The notes under the pieces are model-generated. The model saw only the letters and a program-made list of their open reading frames with translations. It did no database searches and had not been told where the DNA came from. Below are positions 1 to 8,756 of a stretch of 57,117 nt of DNA, piece by piece (position 1 is the first letter of the stretch; each line of letters starts with the position of its first letter). This DNA comes from Microcoleaceae cyanobacterium (GTDB taxonomy: Bacteria; Cyanobacteriota; Cyanobacteriia; Cyanobacteriales; Microcoleaceae). Where the stretch lies: positions 1 to 57,117 of the forward strand of contig JBOFUV010000028.1 of NCBI GenBank assembly GCA_051652765.1. Direction: 5' to 3'. Position numbers and translations under genes: made by a program.

Positions 1-65
1 GAGGGACTTCAAGCAATTCTGGCTCCCCTTCTCCTGCCTTGGGAGAAGGGGCTGGGGGATGAGGG
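1..65. repeat. GC-rich hairpin repeat (REP/MITE-like dispersed element), truncated by window start
   Basis: Stem CCCCTTCTCC (25-34) / GGAGAAGGGG (42-51), then CTGGGGGATGAGGG; starts with GAGGGACTT, shared with the element at 905-950. Confidence 0.7.
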
Positions 66-73
66 ATGACGTT

Positions 74-631
74 CTACTCCACCACCAACTCAAACCCTGG
101 CAAAACATCCTCACCTTTCAACCTGGCAGGAATGGATAACACTTGAACGGGTTGACTAGGGCGGTAGATCTCAACGGTTGCCTCACTGGGGTTGATCAAC
201 CATCCGAGCCTGACCCCGTTGTCTAGGTATTCCTGCATTTTTTCCTGAGCGTCTACCAATCTGTCGCTGGGTGACATCAACTCTAAAGCAAAGTCAGGGG
301 CTAGGGGGGCGAATTTCTGGCGTTGTTCTTTGCTCAAAGCATCCCATCTGTCTAGTCGTACCCAGGCAGCATCAGGGGATCTGATGGCTCCATTGGGGAG
401 TTTGAACCCACCACTAGAGTCAAACGCTTTCCCCAACTGGGTCTGCTCATTCCAAATCCATACCCTGGCAGCGACCCCAAGGTTGTAGTTAGAGGTTTCA
501 CTTCCGGTGGGTGGATTCACAATCAGTTCTCCTGTCGCAGTCCGTTCTAGTCTGAGCTCTGGGTTGACCTGGCACAGATCCCAGAATAGTTCATCCGTCA
601 CATAAATCTTTGGGGGTGCAGTTGTCAGCAT
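74..631 (-). CDS. Uma2 family (DUF820) putative restriction endonuclease-like protein
   Basis: Motifs ELRLERTATGELIVNPPTG, FDSSGGFKLPNGAIRSPDAAWV, APDFALELMSPSD, GVRLGWLINP, GEDVLPGF. Confidence 0.92.
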   Translation of the reverse strand: MLTTAPPKIYVTDELFWDLCQVNPELRLERTATGELIVNPPTGSETSNYNLGVAARVWIWNEQTQLGKAFDSSGGFKLPNGAIRSPDAAWVRLDRWDALSKEQRQKFAPLAPDFALELMSPSDRLVDAQEKMQEYLDNGVRLGWLINPSEATVEIYRPSQPVQVLSIPARLKGEDVLPGFELVVE

Positions 632-693
632 GGCCTCAAGTCCTCCTCATTCCTTCTCTCCATTCAATCGCTGCAACGGGTTGATCTGGAGCA

Positions 694-701
694 GCGATCG
701 C
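694..701. repeat. HIP1 octamer GCGATCGC (representative copy; more than 30 across the window)
   Basis: Palindromic octamer read repeatedly, e.g. 694, 2164, 35761; hallmark of many cyanobacterial genomes. Confidence 0.9.
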
Positions 702-834
702 CACTCTACTGTTGTTACTAGTGTTTACAATCACTAATGGTGTTTACACTCATTTAAGCAAAGTTTAAATACAATCGATTGACACGGCATTTGAACTCTG
801 GGAAGTTTAAGTAAGTTTGTAATGCTACACCGCA

Positions 835-985
835 CCCTAAATCCACCAAGCTTAGGGGACTTTGAGAAATCTGACTGCCCTGTTCGGCTGACTGCCCCCT
901 AAATCCCCCTCACCCTAAATCCCTCTCCCAGAGCGGGAGAGGGACTTTGATGATCTAGCTCCCCCAAAATTGGGGGCCGGGGGGC
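835..985. repeat. Cluster of CCCTAAATCCC-type double-hairpin dispersed repeats
   Basis: Three CCCTAAATCC starts, hairpins TCCCTCTCCC/GGGAGAGGGA and CCCCCAA/TTGGGGG; reverse complement matches the interior of the element at 37240-37351. Confidence 0.8.
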
Positions 986-1023
986 GAACTGCTGTTGTTC
1001 CTATGAGCTTTTAAGGAGGGTTT

Positions 1024-4000
1024 ATGGCTGACTTTCTTGTTACTAATCTGAATGACAATGGGTCTGGCTCTCTGCGAGATGCGATTGCTCAGGCAAATAT
1101 ATTGGCTGGAGCCGACACCATCACGTTTGATAATTCCACCATCACGAACGGAACCATCACCCTAACCAGCGGTGAACTGAGCATCACACAAAGCCTACAA
1201 ATTAACGGCGACACCGACAGCAACCCCGCCACCCGAAATATTACGGTCAGCGGCAACAACACCTCCCGCGTATTCAATATCGACAATGGTAGTAACGCCA
1301 CCTTCCAAACCGTTACTCTAGATGGCCTAGCAGTTACTGGAGGAGTTGCAACAGGTAGTTTTTTTAACCGTGGTGGGGGGATTTATAATCGGGAAAATCT
1401 AACCCTGACCAACAGCACCATTAGTGGTAATAGTTCTGCTAATAATGGCGGGGGTATCTTCAATTATGGTGTAGCGACCCTGACCAACAGTACCATTAGT
1501 GGCAATAGTGCTGGGGATAATGGCACCAACTCTTTCAGCTACAAAGGTGGGGGTATCTACAACAGTGGTACAGCGACCCTGACCAACAGTACGATTAGTG
1601 GCAATATATCCGGTCGCGAAGGTGGGGGTATCTTCAACAGCACTAATGGTGCAGTGACCCTGAGCAATAGTACGATTAGTGGCAATAGTGCTAGGCTCTT
1701 CTCTGGATCAGGGATTTTTAACAATGGTGCTCCGATTCCTATTTCCAGCACTATTATTGCCAACAACATTGGCGCCAATAGTAATAGTTTAGATGTCAGT
1801 GGATCATTCACAGACAATGGCAATAACTTGATTGCTCAGGTCAGAGGGAGTTCTGACTTTACCAATCCTACTACTATTACTGGCCAAGACCCTCTCCTTG
1901 CTCCCCTTGGGGACAATGGTGGCCCCACTCAAACTCAAGCTCTCTTGTTAGGAAGTCCAGCATTTAATGTAGGAGCTAATAATGGTCTTACCACTGACCA
2001 GAGGGGAGCTGGGTTTAACCGAGTTGAATTGACAGCGGCTGACATTGGAGCCTTTGAGTCCACTACAGATCTGAGCTTTACTCGACCAGATAGCCTAGTG
2101 GTAGATACCCTCACGGATGAAGTTAACGGGAACTACAGCGCTGGAGATGTGTCCTTGCGGGAGGCGATCGCCCTAGTCAATGACGGGGGAACAGTTACCT
2201 TTGCGAACAACATTGCGGGAGGAACGATTCTCCTGAACCTAGGACCGTTACAAATTCTGAGCAAATCCATCACAATCAATGGGGACACCGACAGCGATCC
2301 AGCGACCCGCAATATTACAGTTAGTGGGAATAATGCCTCTCGGGTTTTCAACATTGATGATGGAAATGATACCGTCTTCCGAACTGTGGAGATTTCAGGA
2401 CTGACAATTACTGGGGGAATAGCACACTTCGGTGGTGGGGTTTTCAATGTAGAAAATTTGATTCTGACCAACAGCACCATTAGTGGCAATAGCGCTGCTA
2501 ATGGTGGGGGTATCTTCAATCATGGTGTAGCGACCCTGACCAACAGCACTATTAGTGGCAACAGCACTAGCTTTGGCCCTACTATCTTTGGCCCTACTTA
2601 TGGTGGTGGGGGTATCAGCAACAGCTTCCGGGGTACAGCGACCCTGACCAACAGCACCATTAGTGGTAATAGTTCTGCTAATAATGGCGGGGGTATCTTC
2701 AATTATGGTGTAGCGACCCTGACCGATAGTACCATTATTGGTAATTCGGCGGCTGGCAGTGGTGGGGGCATCCAAAACAGTTCTGGAACAGCAGCGATCA
2801 GCAACAGTACCCTCAGTGGCAATACCGCTGCTATTGGTGGGGGCATCCACAACAATCTTGGAATAGCGAGCATCAGCAACAGCACCCTCACTGGCAATTC
2901 GGCTAGCAATGGCAATGGTGGGGGTATCTTAAACTTTGGTGGAACAGCGAGCATCAGCAACAGCACCCTCACTGGCAATACCACTGCTTTCAGGGGCGGG
3001 GGCATCTACAACTTTAGTGGAATAGCAAGCATCAGCAACAGCACCCTCAGTGGTAATTCGGCTAGCATTGGTGGGGGCATCTACGACTTGGGTGGAATAG
3101 CTAGTGTTGTTAGTACGATTGTTGCGGTCAATACGGCAACCACAAACCCTGATGTTCAGGGAGCGTTCACAGATGCTGGCAATAACTTAATTGGGGATGC
3201 CACAGGCAGTACAGGCTTTACCGTCAGTACCTTAGTTGGAGATTCTACAACTCCAGTTAACCCCCTCCTCGGCTCCCTCCAGAATAACGGCGGCCCCACC
3301 TTCACTCAGGCTCTATCCCTCACCAGTCCTGGCATTGATACAGGCAGCAATCCCAACGGCCTCACCACTGACCAGCGGGGAACTGGGTTTGACCGAGTTC
3401 TTGGCCCTGCCGCCGACATTGGCGCATTTGAAGTACAGCCTCCGACTAGCCTGGTAGTTGACACGATTATTGATGAGAATGATGGGGACTTAACTCCTGG
3501 GGACGTGTCTCTGCGGGAAGCTTTAATTGCGATCGCCAACAACGGCACCATCACATTCGCCAACAGTATTGCCAATCAAACCATCACCCTAGGTCTAGGC
3601 GAACTCCTCGTCAATAAGTCTGTCACTATCAACGGCGACACCGACAGCGATCCCGCCACCCGAAATATTACGGTCAGCGGCAACAACGCCTCCCGCGTTT
3701 TCAATATCAACGATGGGAATAACGCTACCTTCCAAACCGTTACCATAGATGGCCTAGCAGTTACTGGAGGAGTGGCAACAGGCGATGGTGGAGGGATCTA
3801 TAGCCGAGAAAACCTGACTCTGACCAACAGCACAATTAGTGACAATTCGGCTGCTTTCAATGGTGGGGGCATCTTCAACCGTGATGGAACAGCGAGCATC
3901 AGCGATAGCACCCTCACTGGTAATACCGCTGCTTCTGGCAGTGGAGGGGCCATCAGCAACTTTTATGGAACAGCAAGCATCAGCAACAGCACCCTCAGTG

Positions 4001-6459
4001 GTAATTCGGCGGCTGTCAGTGGAGGGGGCATCTACAACGGTTATCGTGGAACAGCGAGCATCAGCAACAGCACCCTCAGTGGTAATTCGGCTAGCATTGG
4101 TGGGGGCATCTTCAACGGTGAAACAGCGAGCATCAGCAACAGCACCCTCAGTGGTAATTCGGCGGCTGTCAGTGGAGGGGGCATCCAAAACAGTGATGGA
4201 ACAGCGAGCATCAGCAACAGCACCCTCAGTAGCAATACCGCTAATAATGGTGGGGGTATCCACAACAGTTTTGGAACAGCGAGCATCAGCAACAGCACCC
4301 TCAGTGGTAATTCGGCTAACCAAGGTGGGGGCATCTTAAACTTTGGTGGAACAGCGAGCATCAGCAACAGCACCCTCACTGGCAATACCATTGCTTTCAA
4401 TGGTGGGGGCATCTTAAACTCTTATGGAATAGCAGCAATCAGCAACAGCACCATTAGCGGCAATTCGGCTTTCAATGGTGGGGGCATCTCCAACAATTCT
4501 GGAACAGCAGATATCAGCAACAGCACCATTAGCGGCAATTCAGCGGCTAGCTATGGCGGGGGCATCTACAACGATTCTGGAACAACAGATATCAACAACA
4601 GCACCATTACTGGTAATTCAGCGGCTAGCTATGGTGGGGGCATCTACAACCGTTCTGGAACAGCAGATATCAGCAACAGCACCATTACTGGCAATTCGGC
4701 TTTCAATGGAGGGGGCATCTCCAACAATTCTGGAACAGCAGCAATCAGCAACAGCACCATTAGTGGCAATGAGGCGGCAAGATTTGGTGGGGGCATCTTA
4801 AACAATTCTGGAACAGCAGCAATCAGCAACAGCACTATTAGTGGTAATGAGGCTTCCTATGGTGGGGGCATCTCCAACCTTTTTGGAACAGCAGATATCA
4901 ACAACAGCACCATTAGTGGCAATTCAGCGGCTAGCAATGGTGGGGGCATCTTCAACACTTTTGGAACAGCAAATGTTGTCAGTACGATTGTTGCAGTCAA
5001 CACGGCAAGCGCAAATCCCGATGTTCGTGGAGCGTTCACGGATGGCGGTAATAACTTAGTTGGGAATGCAACGGGCAGTTCGGGCTTTACGGTGAGTTCT
5101 CTGGTTGGAGATTCGAGTAATCCAATTGATCCGTTACTTGGCTCCCTTCAGGATAATGGGGGTTCAACCTTCACCCAAGCCTTGTTACTAGGCAGCCCTG
5201 CGATTAATACCGGCAGCAATCCTGGTGGTCTTCAATTCGACCAACGGGGAACAGGGTTTGATCGTTCCTTTGGAACAGAGGCAGATATTGGAGCCTTTGA
5301 ACTTCAAAGTACTGCGCCTACGGCTGTGGATGATCAGTTCACAACGGATGAAGATACTGCCTTCACCACAGGCAACGTTCTAGCCAACGATTCCGACCCA
5401 GAAGATGATGTTCTGAGTGTTGTGAGCATTGACACCACTGGAACCTTGGGATTGGTCACAGACAATGGCAACGGCACATTCAGCTACAACCCCAACGGTC
5501 AGTTCGATGGTCTGAGGACTGGAGAAACTGCAAGCGATTCGTTTACCTACACTATGAGTGATGGCGAGGCAGGGGAGTCTATGGCAATCGTTGAGATTAC
5601 CATTCGAGGCTTAAGTGAAATCACCGTCATTAATGGCGGTATCGGTAACGATAGTCTACGGGGCACGAATAGCATTGATCTGATTTTCGGGAATACAGGA
5701 GATGACTCCATCAGTGCTCTCGCTGGAGATGATACTGTGGAGGGTGGACGCGGCGGCGATACCCTTCGAGGAGGTGCTGGAGATGACGTTCTGGCTGCTG
5801 ATCAAGTTAACCGTTTTGATGATTTAGATGGAACCTTGAGCCTTCTGTTCGGGGATGGTGGCAATGACCTGTTGATTGGAGGCAGTAAAGCTGACTCGCT
5901 CCGGGGCGGTAATGATAATGATACTCTCCTAGGCAAAGAAGGTAACGATCAATTGTTTGGTGATGGTGGCAACGATGTACTTGCTGGAGATATTGGCAAC
6001 GATACCCTGAATGGAGGGGGAGGCATCGACACCGCTGATTATTCTGCTTTGATGTTCAACGCAGCATCGGGAGCTATTGGTCTGGATATCAATCTCCGAA
6101 GTACAATTGCCCGACACAGTAGCGTTGACAACGCCCTCACTTGGGCAGATAAGGTAACTGCTACTGAGATAGTGATTGGGACAAGTCGGACAGATCGCTT
6201 TGTTGGCAATGGCTCAAACAACACGTTTGAGGGGGGAGCCGAAAGCGCCAATGCAGCAGCATTAACTGATTTAAAGGAGAACAGTTACACCGTGACTGGC
6301 GATGTGGTGGAATACAACAATCCTCGCAGTCGGTTCACAATCGGGGGAACCGTTGATAACTTAACCCTAACTCGCACCGGAGATGGAACCGATACCCTGC
6401 TAGACATTGAATTTGTCAAGTTCAGTGATGGGGTGTTTGCAACGTCTGACTTATTCTAA
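1024..6459 (+). CDS. Large surface/secreted protein: three right-handed beta-helix modules with CSLREA-like starts and choice-of-anchor Q-like ends, Ig/cadherin-like domain, C-terminal RTX Ca-binding repeats
   Basis: GGGIxN..A.ISNST.SGN repeats; three GSLRDAI/VSLREA motifs; three L..L.DNGG.T.TQAL...DQRG...DIGAFE blocks; APTAVDDQFTTDED...NVLANDSD domain; GGxGND nonapeptides; RBS AAGGAGG upstream. Confidence 0.88.
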   Translation: MADFLVTNLNDNGSGSLRDAIAQANILAGADTITFDNSTITNGTITLTSGELSITQSLQINGDTDSNPATRNITVSGNNTSRVFNIDNGSNATFQTVTLDGLAVTGGVATGSFFNRGGGIYNRENLTLTNSTISGNSSANNGGGIFNYGVATLTNSTISGNSAGDNGTNSFSYKGGGIYNSGTATLTNSTISGNISGREGGGIFNSTNGAVTLSNSTISGNSARLFSGSGIFNNGAPIPISSTIIANNIGANSNSLDVSGSFTDNGNNLIAQVRGSSDFTNPTTITGQDPLLAPLGDNGGPTQTQALLLGSPAFNVGANNGLTTDQRGAGFNRVELTAADIGAFESTTDLSFTRPDSLVVDTLTDEVNGNYSAGDVSLREAIALVNDGGTVTFANNIAGGTILLNLGPLQILSKSITINGDTDSDPATRNITVSGNNASRVFNIDDGNDTVFRTVEISGLTITGGIAHFGGGVFNVENLILTNSTISGNSAANGGGIFNHGVATLTNSTISGNSTSFGPTIFGPTYGGGGISNSFRGTATLTNSTISGNSSANNGGGIFNYGVATLTDSTIIGNSAAGSGGGIQNSSGTAAISNSTLSGNTAAIGGGIHNNLGIASISNSTLTGNSASNGNGGGILNFGGTASISNSTLTGNTTAFRGGGIYNFSGIASISNSTLSGNSASIGGGIYDLGGIASVVSTIVAVNTATTNPDVQGAFTDAGNNLIGDATGSTGFTVSTLVGDSTTPVNPLLGSLQNNGGPTFTQALSLTSPGIDTGSNPNGLTTDQRGTGFDRVLGPAADIGAFEVQPPTSLVVDTIIDENDGDLTPGDVSLREALIAIANNGTITFANSIANQTITLGLGELLVNKSVTINGDTDSDPATRNITVSGNNASRVFNINDGNNATFQTVTIDGLAVTGGVATGDGGGIYSRENLTLTNSTISDNSAAFNGGGIFNRDGTASISDSTLTGNTAASGSGGAISNFYGTASISNSTLSGNSAAVSGGGIYNGYRGTASISNSTLSGNSASIGGGIFNGETASISNSTLSGNSAAVSGGGIQNSDGTASISNSTLSSNTANNGGGIHNSFGTASISNSTLSGNSANQGGGILNFGGTASISNSTLTGNTIAFNGGGILNSYGIAAISNSTISGNSAFNGGGISNNSGTADISNSTISGNSAASYGGGIYNDSGTTDINNSTITGNSAASYGGGIYNRSGTADISNSTITGNSAFNGGGISNNSGTAAISNSTISGNEAARFGGGILNNSGTAAISNSTISGNEASYGGGISNLFGTADINNSTISGNSAASNGGGIFNTFGTANVVSTIVAVNTASANPDVRGAFTDGGNNLVGNATGSSGFTVSSLVGDSSNPIDPLLGSLQDNGGSTFTQALLLGSPAINTGSNPGGLQFDQRGTGFDRSFGTEADIGAFELQSTAPTAVDDQFTTDEDTAFTTGNVLANDSDPEDDVLSVVSIDTTGTLGLVTDNGNGTFSYNPNGQFDGLRTGETASDSFTYTMSDGEAGESMAIVEITIRGLSEITVINGGIGNDSLRGTNSIDLIFGNTGDDSISALAGDDTVEGGRGGDTLRGGAGDDVLAADQVNRFDDLDGTLSLLFGDGGNDLLIGGSKADSLRGGNDNDTLLGKEGNDQLFGDGGNDVLAGDIGNDTLNGGGGIDTADYSALMFNAASGAIGLDINLRSTIARHSSVDNALTWADKVTATEIVIGTSRTDRFVGNGSNNTFEGGAESANAAALTDLKENSYTVTGDVVEYNNPRSRFTIGGTVDNLTLTRTGDGTDTLLDIEFVKFSDGVFATSDLF

Positions 6460-6460
6460 T

Positions 6461-6569
6461 AGGACTTACGCAGCTAAGCATTCTTTGGCCCCCTGCCCCC
6501 AAAGTTTGGGGGGAATCAAGCTCAAAGTCCCCCAGGATTAGGGACTTTGAGGGCAAGTGCGTAAGTCCT
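6461..6569. mobile_element. MITE-like element with 12-bp terminal inverted repeats AGGACTTACGCA/TGCGTAAGTCCT
   Basis: Perfect TIRs at 6461-6472 and 6558-6569, no ORF, second copy at 37240-37351. Confidence 0.8.
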
Positions 6570-6681
6570 GATCTGTTCAAATGAATACAGAGTAACCCTC
6601 CCTTTAAACCCCCTAATTCAGGAGTTTAAGGGAGAGAGACTTGATACCGTTTAGAGTTAAAGGTTAAAGTTAATCTACCGA

Positions 6682-7164
6682 CTACATCTTGCTAATAATC
6701 CGCTGGAGGATTTCAACTCCCGTTAACGCTTGCCAGCTAAACAAACCTAACAGCGTCACATTTAGGGCAATGTGGGTATATCTTGCCCAGTCGGCTCCCT
6801 TTTGCATGAAAGGGGTTAGAGAGGCTGAAACTGCAATCATTCCGGTCATTCCTAGACCCGCTAGCAAGTGAGAGCCAACAAATAACTTACCATTGTTGAT
6901 GTAGGTTACTGCCATCCCCCCCAGGGTGCCCAGTACCATTAGGGCTAGCACAACAGAACCGATTTGATGGTGCTTCAGGTTGAACTTACCCTTAATCAGT
7001 TCCTTCTTGAGATCCCCTTCCGCACTGCGAGTGCGACGAATCTGAACTCCCAAATAGAGGGCATAAATCGTTAGGGCCAGTAAAACCCACATTAGAGCAG
7101 GATGAATAAAATTAAGCCAAGGCTTAATGGACTCTGGGATCGGCAGATCCATAATGTTCTCCAA
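6682..7164 (-). CDS. DUF4079 family membrane protein
   Basis: FIHPALMW..., HHQIGS, NNGKLFVGSHLLAGL, ARYTHIALN; four TM segments with conserved His. Confidence 0.85.
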   Translation of the reverse strand: MENIMDLPIPESIKPWLNFIHPALMWVLLALTIYALYLGVQIRRTRSAEGDLKKELIKGKFNLKHHQIGSVVLALMVLGTLGGMAVTYINNGKLFVGSHLLAGLGMTGMIAVSASLTPFMQKGADWARYTHIALNVTLLGLFSWQALTGVEILQRIISKM

Positions 7165-7235
7165 CTGTTAGAAATCTTCATAAAAGTTAGCATAGCAGCT
7201 CTCAACTGCTCTTGCATCGGTGAGATGACCTTTAA

Positions 7236-8156
7236 CTAAGATCCTTGTGATGCCTGACGACGAACTTCGCCAACCCCCAAACTTTGGAGATAGAGTCCGC
7301 CGACCGTGACCAAGAAGCTCACATAGCCAACCGCCTGAACCAGATAGAGATGGTCGCGATAGCCCAACAACGCCTTGAACACAATCCCAGGAAATTCTCG
7401 ATCCGGTAATGCTGTGCTCGTATCCCAAACCAAAGGCCCCAGAATACAGGAATCCCTGGAAACGCAGATATGAGCATAGTTAGAATTAATTTGGGCCAAC
7501 AGGCTAGCCGCAGCATCAACGTGTTTTAGGGTCGAAACGACTAATCCCGCCACAATCAGCAGCAGCAAAATTCCCATCATCTGGAAAAACAAGCGAATAT
7601 TAATTCTCACACCCCATCGAAACAGCAACGCGCCTAATCCAGCCGCTCCCAAAATTCCAATCAGCGCTCCCAGAGCAGGGGCAATACCCTGTTGAAATTG
7701 GGCAGCAATAAACAAAACTGTTTCAAAGCCCTCTCGAAGCACAGCAATGAAAATCAGCCCAAACACCCCCCACCCCGCTTGACTGCCCTCCTGAATCACG
7801 CCTACAACAGCTCCTTCAACCTCTGCTTTCAGGGACTTGGCTTGTTGGGTCATCCAAATCAACATCCAACTCAACATCGCGATCGCCACTATTCCAAAAC
7901 CTGCTTCTAGAAGCTGTTTAAAAACAGGAGCATAGGGATTTTCAGAAGTTGCCACCCCCTGAATTAATCCATTGAAGAGAACACCAATACAGGCACTGGC
8001 CAGAATACCCGCCAGAACTCCTCCGTATACCCAGGAGCTGAGTTGACTCTGGCCCGCTTTTTTTAGGCAAGCCAGGACAATTCCCACAACTAAGGCAGCT
8101 TCAAAGCCCTCTCGTAAAGTAATCAGAAAAGTCGGCAAAGCATCACTGAAGGTCAT
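7236..8156 (-). CDS. ftr1: FTR1 family high-affinity iron permease
   Basis: Two REGFE (RExxE) motifs: ITLREGFEAALVV and AVLREGFETVLF; multiple TM helices. Confidence 0.93.
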   Translation of the reverse strand: MTFSDALPTFLITLREGFEAALVVGIVLACLKKAGQSQLSSWVYGGVLAGILASACIGVLFNGLIQGVATSENPYAPVFKQLLEAGFGIVAIAMLSWMLIWMTQQAKSLKAEVEGAVVGVIQEGSQAGWGVFGLIFIAVLREGFETVLFIAAQFQQGIAPALGALIGILGAAGLGALLFRWGVRINIRLFFQMMGILLLLIVAGLVVSTLKHVDAAASLLAQINSNYAHICVSRDSCILGPLVWDTSTALPDREFPGIVFKALLGYRDHLYLVQAVGYVSFLVTVGGLYLQSLGVGEVRRQASQGS

Positions 8157-8158
8157 GA

Positions 8159-8215
8159 GTGTTGAATGATTCCCAATTAATTTCCCACCCTCTAGTCTAA
8201 ATGGACTTTCTCAAT
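8159..8215 (-). promoter_or_regulatory. Putative Fur-box-like site upstream of the FTR1 gene
   Basis: Minus strand AATTGGGAATCATTCAAC next to the start codon plus an ATTGAGAA half-site at 8208-8215; resembles AT-rich cyanobacterial Fur operators. Confidence 0.35.
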
Positions 8216-8341
8216 AATCCCAACTCCCATCTCAACTCTGGAGTTAGAAAAATCCTACGCGCTAACCCGATCAGTTATGTCAAACTAGTAAAGGAATCGC
8301 CCGCTCGAACCTCCCTCAAGCAAGTCATTTGGCCTCTGTCC

Positions 8342-8668
8342 ATGCAAGCATTCTCCAACTGGTATAAACTCTTACTCCGTAATCCCAAGTCTCGATGGTG
8401 GATTATCCTAGGAACCCTTGTTTACTTATTCAGTCCCCTTGACATCTCGCCAGATGTGTTGCCAATTCTGGGACAAATTGACGATGTTATCCTCTTGACC
8501 CTTTTGTTTTCAGGGGTCTACGAAATTGTCGGAGACTACCTGCGATCGCTCAAAGGTCAACCTCCAGGGTCAGGGGTTAATCATCCCCCGGTCGATCAAC
8601 CCAATGCTTATCACAACTCCACTCCCGACCCAGCGGTGATCGACGTTGAAGCGAAAACCATTGAGTGA
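8342..8668 (+). CDS. YkvA/DUF1232 family membrane protein
   Basis: LVYLFSPLDISPDVLPILGQIDD signature; ATG 8342 (MQAFSNWY) preferred over track start 8201. Confidence 0.85.
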   Translation: MQAFSNWYKLLLRNPKSRWWIILGTLVYLFSPLDISPDVLPILGQIDDVILLTLLFSGVYEIVGDYLRSLKGQPPGSGVNHPPVDQPNAYHNSTPDPAVIDVEAKTIE

Positions 8669-8756
8669 ATCCCTGGAGTTAGCACAGGATCTATAGCCAT
8701 TTTTAGGGTTCCTCCGTTACACTGTCTGATTGATGGTCACTTCTGGTTGGAAGAAT

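Noticed and set aside
3780..4980. Regular ~70-bp repeats with variable spacers resembling a CRISPR array or DGR template/variable pair
   Set aside because: In-frame coding repeats; no cas genes or reverse transcriptase; differences not adenine-specific
1089..6251. Many alternative-frame and antisense ORFs within the large exoprotein gene
   Set aside because: Shadows of the repetitive Gly/Asn/Ser codon pattern; no independent motifs
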